A stretch of DNA of 64,000 nt. Origin: Auanema rhodensis. Its lineage: Eukaryota > Animalia > Nematoda. The stretch covers positions 14,136,001-14,200,000 of the forward strand of contig OZ059899.1 of assembly GCA_964057225.1 (NCBI GenBank), read 5' to 3'. Under the pieces are notes generated by a model, which worked only from the letters and a program-made list of their open reading frames with translations, made no database searches and was not told the DNA's origin. Positions 12,609-26,300 of this stretch are shown here, piece by piece. Within the stretch, counting starts at the first letter, position 1. Every line of letters begins with the position of its first letter. The translations under genes and the position numbers were made by a program.

Positions 12609-15600
12609 TCATTCGAGTCGCTCGAGGAAGTTGGGCTCTTTGAAGTATTCAGGAATCTGATCATCCATTCTATTGATAATCTATAAAAATATTATAAAAT
12701 AACTTATGCTTATATATCAATTACCTTATAAATAGTCTTTTTCCATGATGGCTCAGAATCTTTTCCTGTTCGAATAGCATCAAAAAATTCTCGTAAAGAT
12801 TCTTGAACAACTGACACGAGTCTTTCTGGGGGCTGAAAATGAACATTGTATATAATAAAAAACAATAAATTTAATTCAATTTTATAAATGCAACCGCATA
12901 CTATGATTTTGAAAGAGAAAATAAGTGATGGGCAACACGTCACTGTCACGTGTATGCTAATTTTTAAGAATAAACTATACTAAATGATATACATACCTGG
13001 ATATGATTATTTCTATTGTAATGTTGATTTAAAGTTTTGAAGATTTCTGAATCCATTGTCACATGTAATTCATCGCGTGAGCGTACACCTTCGGCCAAAG
13101 CCTGTCGCGCATACTTCTCCATTTGAATATAATAAAATTCTCTGAAACAAAATTTATATTACTAATGAATATGCTTTTGAACTTTATTTTTAATATTTTA
13201 TTGTGAATGTCCCCCCTCATGACAATAATTTTCTTCTGTTTCATAACGGTTCTTTCTTTATCTTTATTAGGAAAGGATGAGAATTTCTATTTGATTAGGA
13301 GGCTAGAGGATACATACACCTGCTTTTGGATGATGACTTGCTTCATGCCAATATAGGATATTTCTCGAAAGAACAATTTGAAAAAGAAATAGATAGAAGG
13401 AAAGGAAGAGAGAGAGAGAGAGAGAAATTTATATAAATCATATGTATGTATATACATTTGAGGAGCCTAAAAGAGATTTTCGAAAAAAGAGATGAGAATA
13501 GCATGAACATCTCTGTATGAACTGAGCACCATGTAGTGTAGTTTATACATATCATCTTTCAGTACATCTCGGAAGCAAACTAAAGAGATATACTAGTAGA
13601 GTACGAGAGAAAAAGAGACAATTGAGAAGTAAAAGAACTCTTTTAGATTATTTATGTATTAACTAATATAAATTGTCTAAACTTATGACTATAAACATGT
13701 AATACAGAATGAGTTGCATCAGTCATCAATCAACACAGATCATGTATTTCAATTTAAATAATATTGAAAGGCTTCATCAATAGTTTTATCTTTTTCTATT
13801 TATATATATATATATATAAATTAAAATTTCTTCTGCTCCAATTTTCAAACCCCGATAACTATAAAATAAATGTTTAATTTGAGCGATAGACGAGAAGAAT
13901 AAGTAGAGACAGTTACTAACTCTTGTAATAACCTGAGTTATATTGTCCCAAATAGACAATAGTCGTCGAAAATCTACAATCGGCTTAGGACTAGTTCTCA
14001 TAATAATGATCATCATCAGCCTGATCATCGTCATCTACACGATGACGACGTCCACGACGCCGATGATGCCTCATAAACTATTTTCGATGTTTTTTCATCT
14101 TCATCCCATAATCAATAATCACTAATTTATATAAAAATTAGTTATAAATAGTATTTTGAATGGTTAATGTTATATAATACTAGATAGTGATAGATTGTAT
14201 CGTCCCCTCTTAGTTGTGAACAACAGTCTTAAGGCATCATGTAAAGACCTTCTGAAGACCTTGCAGGTCTCAAGTTCTTCTGACACTTCCTAATCCTTCT
14301 ATATAGGATTGGTGTTGCGAGACAAAGTCGTCGCGCTGCTTTGACGATAAATCCATCGTCACCATCGTCTCCGGAAGGAAGATGACGGTCGTCTTCAACA
14401 TTCAGACAAACAATACATACGTCGTACTCTACTTTTCACTTTATAACGCTTTCAGTCTTCACTATCTCTTTCCCATTCGTCTTTCCCTCATAGACAGCTA
14501 GAAAGGCTAAGATTTTGGTGTGAAAAAAGCAGAAATATGAAAAAAAAAGTTTTTGGTCGGCAACTTTTGTTGAAAACAGAAATCAAAAATTTCTTCTTCG
14601 TTTGCTATATGTTGTTACTTCTCAACATTATGTCAGATTGTCTAATCAGATGGCGCTCATCTCCAGAAGCTGTCAAGATGAAGCTGAGACATCTCAAGAG
14701 AGCAAGCTGAGATTTACATGAAGCTTGTCTTAGAACTGAGATCACTGTGTGATTGTTATTTGAATTGACTCATGAAGACGAAGCAGTCAAAAAGGGTCTT
14801 TAAAGGAAATTTTGATACAAAATTGACATTTAGAAGCTACATAGCAGTTAAGTTAATATGCTATCAGATGGAAAAAAACTTTTTTTTTTGATTATATAGT
14901 ATAGTTAACATACCTAAAATTACTAAACCACTTGACAAGTTGGGCTGTATTGTTCTTGTTAAAACGGATATCCGGGAAATAGGATTTGAGCAATGCCGAG
15001 TTTGGATAACGAGTATAGAAGAACATTAATTTGGCTTTTCGTAAGTGCATTGGAGTGAGTGTTGAGCTTTGAGTTCCATCATATGGTCCGCAATCACTGT
15101 TATCATCAGAATTGGTTGGGCTATCTTCTCGGTCACCAAATGTTGCGCCTCCATACAAAGGATGACCAACCATAGTTGGTGGAAAGTAGCTTATTGGTGT
15201 GGATTGAGATAAGTTTAGCTGAAAATTGACAATGAATAATTTGATATTTCAGAGGAAATTCAATGCTTATTATCGAAGTTGGAGCTGAACTATGTACCTG
15301 TGGACTGCTTCGTAGGCTGCTTGGTGATTCTGCTCGAACTGGAGTTCCACCATTGACTTTGCGCACACTATCGGTCACCTTTAAGGACAACTGGGGATAC
15401 GGTATGGCCGGAGGCGATTCGGATAAGCTTACCTTAGCTCGTTTACGACGACTGGCTCCATCATCATCAAGCATTCCAGAGCTGCTGTATGGTCTGCGAA
15501 GTTGGTTGAAAGCGGCCAGTGGATTGAATCCATTAAAGTTAGGGAAAATTCCGGATGCTCCTGCAAGAAATGAAGATTACAAAGCTGAACATATGCCTAA

Positions 15601-17543
15601 AGCATGCATACCAGCAGCAGCTGCATTGAGACCAAAAAGTGGATTTGGTTGAGCAAATGGAACGAACATATTGTTAATTGGCTGACGATTAGCAACATCT
15701 ACAGCAGCGTTACGAGCCATTTCCGTTGCCCAATCTTTGACGATCTAGAAGAAAATGCTGATGAGTAATGAGAAATGAGATAACTATGTATATAAGTAAT
15801 GTTATTAAAAAAAATTTACTTTGTCAATTACTGTAGAGAGATTTTCAGAAATTTCACTTTTTAAAGCTTGAGCTAATTGATTAAAGTCACGAATTGGAGG
15901 ACGTTTTTCTTGTTTTAATTGCTGTTGCTGCTGTTGTTGTTGTTCAATTAGATTAAACATTCTGAAATTTAACAGTTTTTTTCCTGGATATTTAATTGAA
16001 AACATAATAAGACAATAGCAAAAATGCCTTATATTGCAAAATGCTGAAGGAAGAGGCCAAAATCGAAAAAAATTATTTTTTTGTCTGCAAACCTTTTTTG
16101 AACATCCATCATATCAGATAAGCTTGGTGTGCTTAGTTGAGATTGTAAAGCTGAAAGCTTTTCGAGTGGATTCATTGAATCAGTATCTTGACGATTATCG
16201 GCTCTTTCACGTAATGGCAGATCTTCTGACACTGATGAATCAGCGTATTGACCACCAACACTGACAGTAATTTCTTCTGGAGCTGAAAGAATGTTATGAG
16301 GTAAAGAGATTTTTCTGTTTTCTCTTAATAGACTTACTGTCTTGAGTTCCGATATCAAATCCAAGAGATTCAGCTAGATTACGTTGTGGAGCATTCTGCT
16401 TCCGTTTTGATGATGATGATGAGGATGTGGTCGAACCGGCACCAGAATGTGTACTGTCAGTTGTGCTGATGGGAGAATCATGTGTTGGCTCTTCATCCTT
16501 GGTCATTTCCGAATCATCCTGTAACGAGAACTGTTAAAACCATGATGATATTTTGCTATGTGTTCAAGCGTACCCTGTCATCGGTGTTCTCAACATCGAG
16601 TTGTAAATCGAGTTCGTCAGAAGTATCAGCAATCTCAAGCATCTGAATAGAAAAAATTTAAGTTTAAAAATTCTGATTAAGAGAAATGAAGAATATTTGA
16701 AAAAGAGCCGAAGATTCGAAATGAATAAGACGAAGAAGGAGATGTCGGAGGATTTCCTCTTCCGGATCAAGATGATTTGACTAGTTGGATTGACCTCTTT
16801 CATATAAGTTACAAGTGGATAGACATAACCATATCCATAAATGGGATAAGTTGTACTCTTTAATGCAGATAATCCTCTGTATCTTGAATGAAATATTCTC
16901 TCCATATTTCCTTTTCAAATATTTATTAAGAGAGACGATGACCAAAACTAAGATATTCAGGTTGATTGAAAGAGTTAAGCAGAATGCGGAGAAAGATAGT
17001 AAGACTATAAGAGTGAGGTCGAAAGATCGTAAGTGAAAGAGAAAAAGAGAAAATTCAATTGAATTAGGAATTACTTTCAATCTGCTTTACACAATAGATA
17101 TTTTGAGAAGTAAAACCATGAAATTTGGATTACCTGTGATGTTATGTAGACTCCTTGGTACCTGTTTCTTGGCTCTCCTGCGTCAACCCGTTGGCGTTGC
17201 CGTTTGATCTTCAGTCTGAAAATATGGACATTCAATAGAAGAATTGAGAACCATAAAGAAAAAGCTGGAGAGAATGTGATAAGTCACGTGCAATAGATAG
17301 AAGATGATATATACAAGAAGGAAATGATATAGTAAATGAAAAAAAAATATAAATATGTGATAGAAAAATCCAATTAATATGAAAGTATGAGAGGCCAGAA
17401 AGAAAAGATGATTGCTGTGATAGAGGGAGATCTTCTGTTTTCATAGAATACTTGGCTATTTTAGATTCAAAAATATATGGAAAAAAGTTAAAACGAGAGT
17501 TCAGGAAAGTGAAGATCTGAGAAATAGAGGGAGGGGTTGCAGA

Positions 17544-17595
<52 letters not shown>

Positions 17596-17853
17596 GAGGG
17601 AGAGAGAAAGAGAGAGAGATTCGCACCTCTGCTGCTGTTGTTGATGAAAAGCGAACTGCTGCTGTGGAAACAGATAACTGAAGTGCCCGAACGGTGACTG
17701 CGAATTAGCTACCGCCGCCGCAGCTGCCGCTACAGTGGCCGCAGACACCTGATCAGCGCCGCTGGCGCTAGACTGCGTCGTTGGCGTTGTTGTAGTTGGA
17801 AGAGCTGTTGCAGCAGCAGCAGTAGCTGTTGACATGCTCATACTGCTTGACAT
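12609..17853 (-). CDS. pros-1: Prospero/PROX homeo-prospero domain transcription factor, about 13 coding exons
   Basis: Homeodomain [52 protein letters not shown]|[18 protein letters not shown] and Prospero domain ...YNRNNHIQ|[36 protein letters not shown]|[23 protein letters not shown]. Upstream exons carry [23 protein letters not shown]|VTD and [17 protein letters not shown] 17853, TGA 12609-12611. C. elegans synonym ceh-26. Confidence 0.95.
17547..17592. repeat. (GA)n microsatellite in pros-1 intron 1
   Basis: About 22 GA units, starting about 35 nt downstream of the first coding donor site. Confidence 0.95.
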
Positions 17854-18087
17854 TCAGAATACACACTGACGAAAGCACGAGACACGAAGGTTGTACGACG
17901 CACCACACGTATACAGGCGACGACTGTTATGACGATGTATCAAGGCTGGTGATATTGACAAAGGCAATCCAGAAGCCGTAGAGCTGTATCAGAGCGTATT
18001 TGTACGTTCAGAACACTTATTCAAAGCGTTATTCCGTAGAAGCTTTGAAGAAGAACTTGAGGTTTCCTTGCAAAACCTGAAAATTGG
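17854..18087 (-). other. pros-1 5' UTR segment with an upstream 3' splice acceptor (trans-splice site or end of a large 5' intron)
   Basis: Minus strand CCAATTTTCAG|GTTTTG at 18087-18077, followed by about 223 nt without an ATG before the start codon. Confidence 0.6.
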
Positions 18088-21000
18088 CCAAAAATCTTTA
18101 GAAGATGGAAATGAGCTTTACAGTAGTAGTAAAATTAAAAAACAAAATCATAAAATCATAGAGCATATTGATAAACAAAGAAATGAATAAAATTAAAAAC
18201 CAATTATAAGTTAAATAAAAAACAAAAACAAGGAAAAAGAAGGAAATCGCCGCCGATTGCTCTCAGAAAGGAGAGTTGAAAGAATTGAGAATGAAGATGT
18301 CTAGCCAAGACGTTGAGGAAGAAGAAATGAATGAGAACGAGAAGAGATTGTCATCTAAGAAAGAAATACAATTGGCTATTATTATTGATAATTTCTAAGA
18401 AAAAAAAGAAAACGAATTGACAGCAGAAAAATTCGTTTTTTCTTCGGTTTGAACCTCTTCATCTTTGTAGGAGATAACGACAAGGAATAAATATAATGTG
18501 ATGTGGCTCATTAGGCTTATATGTATATATATAGATAGAGGAAGTTCTTCCTCTGTGCCCTTCAAACCTATTCTCTCATGATGAAGAAGGAAGAGGGAGG
18601 AGGAGGAATGAAGGCAGGGGGAGGAGATGACTGGTGCTACTGTTATTAGCCTCTTCGTGTATCTCTCTCCATCTCTCTTTATTCCTCTTATTCTATCCAA
18701 TTCTCTTATTGGATCTGTCAATTGAAAAATTCATATTAAAGGAAATATGTATATATCAGAGAAGAGGTGAATGGTCAGAAGATAACAATAGGTGTCCAAA
18801 AAGAAATTTTTTATTAAATTTTCCTAAGCTTATATGTTATATATCTATTTATTTGTATGTATAAATAGAGCACATTCTCGTTGGATTGTAAGGCTGATGA
18901 TTGCTACACGGGATGAAGAGAGAAGTGGAGGGAGGTGGGGGGGGGGGGAATGGCGATGAAAACGATGAGAGATGAGGACAATATATATTCACAACTTGTC
19001 GTCTATGAATTCTACTTCATAATCTCGTTCATTCTAGAGCATTTATTCTTGTAATATGTACATATTTACTGTAATAACTTGATAGATAATCTATCGAAAA
19101 TACAGAATATACTCTTGTACATGTATATGTCTACAATTCAAATTATTCAAAATTTACAAAATCTTGAAAAAGGTTTGTGACAGACATATCTGTCTATTTG
19201 ACAGATAGATTGAGTATTGTCTTGCAGAAAATATATATAAGATTGAACTAATTGATTTGCTTCGTTGTTGTTTCCTAAAAATGATTTAGCACTTTCGAAA
19301 GATGTTGAGAAGAGATTAGAACAAGACATGCGTTATAAGCTTCGAGAAGATTCTTTCTTATGCAATTGGAACATATTGCACATGGCCTTATGTAGTCACA
19401 GACATACATACACCCATCATTGACGGAATTTTCAGCGTTATAATCGTTTTTTCTTTTATTTCTCCCTCTATCCCTCTCTCTCTCTCTCTCTCATAAACAC
19501 ATGCAGATACCGATGGTTCGCTTGATGACTTGCTGTTCAGTTTGAGATTATCATCATCATTGTCATCATGTTGTTAGATGTTGGGAACCTTGGAGTTTTT
19601 TGGTTCACGTCCATGTCTCTGGTAATCGTTAGCAATGGCTGTCGTAGAGTATGAGTAATCAGCACATGAGTCTTTCAACTGATTCTCATCTTTTCACTTA
19701 TGCTCTCTCTATATAATTCACACACTGTTCCAACGCATACACATATACATGCTATGCATATTAAGCAATTTTTCCTGTCTCCTGATGACTCTCTGATTCT
19801 TATCGGCTTCATTCCGGAAAAACCGGGGGCATAAACGAAATAGTATGTTGAAACGATATAATACAGAGATAGATATGCTAATTAGGTGACAGATTACATG
19901 AAATTTCGAGAGAGTAAATAGCAACATAAGGAGAGAAACAGAGATAGAGAGAGAGAGTGAGAAATGAAGTGAATGAGGGAAAAAGAGAAAAGTCAAAAAG
20001 CGATACATCAGGCACTGTTCTCGAGCTGATGAACCTTGCAGATCTATCTTTTCTGTTTTCTACTTACAAACTAGACAATTGGAAGAGGAACAAGAAATAT
20101 AAAAGTATAATATTGATTGATTTAATCTTATATTTGAATTCAAAATAATAGAAAAAAGTTTTTTGTCATATGATTTAATTGAAAAAAAAAGTAGAAAAAG
20201 GATATACCAATCGATAGAGATTTAGGTAAGCCTGGCAAGTTCGAAATGTTCGAAACATGATGAAGAACATTGATGATGATAACGAAAGAAGAGAGAGAAA
20301 AAGAGAAAAAGAGAAAAGATAGAGATAGAGAGAGAACAGCTAAAGAGGGAATAAAACCTATTGGGCAGGAGAAATTCATGTTTGTGAGATATAAAGAGAG
20401 GAAGAGAAGATTAAGAGAGAATTAGAAAGCAATAGGAGATGAAGAGCGAACTGTTTTCAGTATCCTGTAAGTAATAGAAATGTAACACATGGCATAATAG
20501 GCAAAGTAAACTATATATCTCAAATAACAAAAAAAAAGAAAATTTCCTCACAAAGCAGATATACGAATTGTAAAAATTTCATTAGGATTTGCGTCATCAT
20601 ATCAGGAACTGTTTAAGTTGTGAAGGAAATAAAGTGAATGTGATACAAAGCTACTAATAGCAGAATAGACGAATGAAAAGAATTACACGAATAAGCTATT
20701 GTTCGTATTGCTTTGAGGTTTCCGGGAAAAAATTCTAAGTTCATTAACGTAAAGCATTCCATCCTTATTCGGATGATGAACGTCATTTGGATTCACAGTA
20801 TTTAAGTCAAATAGATAGTAAGAGAGCATTATTGAGGTTGTAATAGAGGTAATACAGAGATAAGTTGTTGTAGACAATTTCAAGTTATGACTATGTTTAT
20901 TCAAAGTTATCTATTATATAGAATATATAGATTATATTATATATAAATTTAATAAATCTGTATATATCTATGTAGTTATATTTAGAAAATACGAATGAAC

Positions 21001-23996
21001 ACAGTAATCAAGTGAAAAATCTAAAAAAAAATAACTCAAGTAAGGCAGAGAAGAGATACGATGTTACCATGGCTGGGACTTGGTCTTCGACCAAAGAAGA
21101 CGGCGGATTACTGTAGTTCGCCGAGTGCTGCTGCTACTACAGCTACTGAAGAGAAAGACGGAGAAGAGAATAGGAGGCGAGGAGGAGGGAGTAGGAGGAG
21201 GAGGAACAGAGATGGACAAGAGTGTCTGAGAGAAGAGGAGGAGGAGAGAGAACAAGAGACAAGTGGGCGGAGCTTCTTGGGGAGTGACGACGACGACTGT
21301 CACCTCATCTCTTCTCCAACCTCTTTCTATCTATTTCTCTCTCAATCTCTTGCATATATACATGCATATATGGGCTATTTCTCTCTCTCAGCTTAGCATA
21401 GTATCTCAAACTCTTTATATTCCTTTTTTCATTCTCTTCTTGCATTTCTCTCATATTCTCATATGATCTCTATATCTTGATGATGTGGCCCAAATATGGA
21501 GAAATGGCAAAGATTATGATGTGAATACGAGTAAAGTTTGAGATACAAACTCAGTGTGATGTTCGTTTGATGTGATATCTATACTATTCAGTCATATATT
21601 TCAAAAATATTAGAGAATTAGCAATAACAAGTAGGAGTAAATGATGGAGATATGGAAATAAAGAGGGAGAGAGAGAAAGAGAGAGGGAAGGAGATTAAAT
21701 TTTCTATTCTCAGAAACTTCGAGAATGAGGTAAAAGGCTGGAAATGGAAATTTCAATGATAAGAAAAGAAAATGTTGAAATCAACATCTACAGTAGACGA
21801 ACAGATAGAATAAAGAAATTGAAATGATATCTATTATATTATCTGCATAAACTATATAGTTAACTATATGTGATTATATTATAGAAAGAATATTAAATGT
21901 AATATTTTGTTGAAAATAATGAAAATCTTTGTACAAGTTAGCCTTCTGAAGAGATTTATTATAAAAGATCGGAAATAGGTAATCAGATGGCAAATTACCT
22001 TGAGTCTTTATGAAACGGAAATTGCTGAGAAATAAGCGAAGCAATAGAAAAGATAATATATCCATCTGATTTCCAGGCAAAACCGGCATCATTTTCTCGA
22101 AAATGTATAATTGAAATAGTTAAAGTAATAATTCTTTTTTTTTTCATTTTCCATACATAATATATTCCTTTTTGGCTTCAATTTTCAGACAAAAAAATAG
22201 TATCTAATGAATATAAGATGATAATAAGTAGAAAAAAATTATTGAAAGAAAAATAGAGGAGTAAGGGAAAATCAAATAGAATTACTAAGAATATAGTTAG
22301 TCAGGATGGAATTGTCGACGAACGATTCGTATTTTTTTTTTGTTTTATTTTAGAAAGTTATCGTCGTCGTCGTCGTCGATTGGTGCTTTCCTCGCAATCC
22401 AAAAAATGTCATTACCATAAGAACAGTCCTTTCCTACCGGTAGTAGGTTGTATTGTATAACAAACAGATTATAAACATATTTAATGATATGCAGATGATT
22501 ACTTGAAGAATTCAGGAAAGGTGGAGAGGGAATATACTATAGGATGAACGTTGAATAAAAAGCGAGCAGCGAGAGAGAGAGAGAGAGAAAGAGAAAGTAA
22601 GAGGGAAAATAGAGTGGAAGAAGAAAGAATCAAAGGCGGAATAGGCTTGCGAGCAACAATATTTTATAGTAAAACTATATACGTTGACGTTCATCGCACT
22701 TAGAATCTATGGAACATCAACGACCTCACACATACCCACGCAATGTAGAGCTGTTAGGATGATTCTCGAAATCAGTTCTTAGTACAGCTGGGCATTGGCT
22801 AGATTAGGATAGTATTGATATAATGATATATATATTAAAGATATAGTATAAATAGTTGATGAAGTGGATGAAGAGAAAACGTCCAAAAAGCGGACTACCG
22901 TTTTCTTTCAGTCAATCTGACTGAATCTTCGGAATCCCGTCACTGGCGGATATGGGCGTGTCTCAAAGAAGTGGGCGTGGCTAAGCTATGAATGAAGAAT
23001 TGTATGGCGAGCCAATCAGAAAAGACCTCGACTAAGTCTTAAGACTGAAAATTTTGTAATTGAAATAAATAAAATATGGAATGAGAGTAAGTATGAAGAA
23101 TAGATGATGTAAGATATATAGTTAAGTATATTCAGCATAGTAAACAATAAAATCACATAGATTAAAACAGCATTAGCTGACATTAAAAATGGGAATATCT
23201 CAACATGGGACATAACCATATAAATGAAAAAAATCTATTAAATTGGAGGCAAGAACGACAAAAAACGAAACATGGTTCATCTTTTGTTTCGAGGGAGAGG
23301 GCTTCTCCCTCTATGTGGGAAGAAGAGGCTGAGCAGGGTGAAAAAAAAGAAGGTAAAAAACAGGAACAGCTGTTCATTAACCTTATGTAGCGATCTGGCA
23401 TTAAGCAGAAAAATGAGGCAGCAGGTAAGAAGGAGATGGTAATAAGGTTCAAAGCATACAGATCTACAAAGGATTTGCCGATCTTGATTTGTAGCCTAAT
23501 TTGGAACATTATAAGCTTTATTCGAACGATTAATCTTAAAGACAAAAATATTTCTTTTAATGCTTAGGTTGAACGGTTCAATTGACTATTCTTCTGGTAA
23601 GCAAATGAGTATTATGCTGGACCGACTAACCGGAAATCATAGGAAAGAAGACAAAAATGGATTTTTGATTTCTAATGTCTTGCCTATCGTAAAGCATGAG
23701 AATCGTTTACTCTTATTAGCACCTTTAGAAGGTTATTGTTCGCTAATATAAGAGAAACGAAGGACTAACTACATACTTCATTGGTCTTGTCATTTGATGT
23801 GAGAAAATTTACTTTTTTCTTCTTTTAGTGGGGTGATGTTAGAGGTTGACGATGAGGATGATCAAGAGCAGTATGTTACGAAGTGGATGGATGAAAGTGT
23901 GCTGTGTAGGCATGCAAAAGGCTTGAGAAGAATCTATGATCTATTTTCGGTCATTCACTCTCAGCAGCATATAGTATCTATCATTCGTTCTCTCAA

Positions 23997-24042
<46 letters not shown>

Positions 24043-24794
24043 AAATTGTATCTATATATGGTCTTGAAGCATTGCTTTGCAATCTCTGTCAAACTATTCG
24101 CATCATAATGATCATTGAAATTAAATAGTATTGGAAAGTATATGAGAATATACAATACAGGTGTTCATACATTATTTATTCCTTTTCCAATAAGAAAATC
24201 TATGATAAGTAGGAGAGAGAGAAAGACAAAAAGAGAGAGAGAGAAGTGATAGAGAGATAGAGAAAAGGAGAGAGAGACGTGAGATTCAGATTAAAAGAGA
24301 AGTTGAACAAAGGAGAATGCAATTAGAGAGTGAGTTAGAATATAACAGCTTGTATGTATGAGAGTGTGTACATGTCGTCGGTAGATGTATCATCTATCTA
24401 TCTCTATCTGTTTGTCTCGTGTATGCCCTTAAAAGAGGAATTTTCTTTCAAATGTATCCAAAATCCAGCTTCTCCAATAGCTGTATGCATCTCGGCTGTA
24501 CTACACACTCATACACTCATTCTCAGCTACTATCATTCCATATGTTGCTCGAAGTGTATGTATACAGATTGAAAAGAGTTTTTTTCAATCAAAAAATGAA
24601 ATAGAAAATGGTAATGAGATGAGATATACACACAACTTCATCCCAGATTCATCTGTGTATATATCTGTATATATACTAACCATATCGATATAATTACCTT
24701 CAAGGAAATATCTAAACAGTAATGAGATGAGAATAAAATACTCTTCACTTAGTTTGTCATTCAACTTAAACTACGAAAAAAGGAAATAAGTGTG

Positions 24795-24851
<57 letters not shown>

Positions 24852-26216
24852 AGGTAACGAAATAAGAGAAACTGTCTTGCTAACTAACAGTCTTACGATT
24901 TGCTTATATCTCTTCATTGCATATAATATTTCACATATGTTTAAATAATAAATAAAAGCCTCAGGGGTCATCATTTTACCTGTTTAGATATTCTTTCAAT
25001 TTTTCTTTTATTTGTTTATTTCATTGTGATTGATTGCTACCTGGCCTCATCCTCAATCTGATACCTCATAGCTGGGCCAGTCAGACCTTACGTCAGCTAT
25101 GCAGTTGTCTGCCTGCCCTCTCATTCACTTACATCATCTCCACTACTATTTCATCTATCAACTGTTTATGTCATTAAACATTTTTCTGCTAAACAGTCTT
25201 CTGGATGCAGATGATGCTCCTGAATGACATAGTCAATTGAGATGTATGTAGGCAAGAGAGAATGACAGACAACTGGATAGATCGTCGAAGTGTGAAGTTG
25301 AGGGACAAATCAACGTCAACGTCGTGGTCGTAATCGACGTCGTTGACGTAGCCATCCACGTAGATATCAATTGGATCAAATTACCGTTTATCAGAACTTC
25401 TCGACTTCCTTCTAGCGATTGGTATTATGTGGAGATTTTCTAGTTTCGTTTCTCTTAAAAGGGAAATTGTGCATGGCAAACTGTAGACAAGCACTGTCTG
25501 TTCATATGATTGTATAACAGTTACAAGTCTATACACGATATACACATGTATCTATAATGAGGAAGAACATCATTCATGCTTTTAGAGTCATCTTATCTTC
25601 AGACGAACTAAATATCTTTTCTGAATTATTGAATTTCATTCGGAGAAGCTTCAGGTAAGCAATGAACAGCAAGGTCTTGAATTTCCTATTTCAACAAGTT
25701 GAATTTCACCATTATTCCAGCTATTCTCAAAATTATTTTTAGCTTAAAACATAAAACAGCTTGAAGATCGTTTGGTTGAGCAGACAAAGCATGGAATATG
25801 CTTTTACTGTTATTGTGATAACTTTCTTCAAAACACTACTCTGTTATATGCATGTAGTCCCTCTTTCTCTTCTGCTCTTTTACCACTTCTTCTTTCTTTC
25901 TTTTATTTTGAAATAGCAAAAAATCTTTTTTTTCCGGTCAAAATCAATATTCCAGTTAGCATGATCGGTTAATACATGTTGAGGGTAAGGATTAGAGAAA
26001 CGATCCTTATATCTGTATAAGCATAAAGTACGAGTAAAACAAGTAAGATTAAAGATTATTTGAAAAAAAAAAAAGATTTCTCTCTATCTATCTAAACATC
26101 AAGGATCATTCATATAAACTATTGACAAATTTGTTGGCGAATAATAAAGACACACAACTTCCTTTTACTTCCGTCATGCTATTATTAAATTTCTGACAAG
26201 AGAATTAGAAGAGAGA

Positions 26217-26232
26217 AATACAGATATAGAGA

Positions 26233-26298
<66 letters not shown>

Positions 26299-26300
26299 AA
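26217..26300. repeat. Long (GA)n microsatellite
   Basis: About 40 GA units with one interruption. Confidence 0.95.

Noticed and set aside
15263-15652. 129-aa plus-strand ORF overlapping pros-1
   Set aside because: Antisense shadow of GC-richer coding exons.
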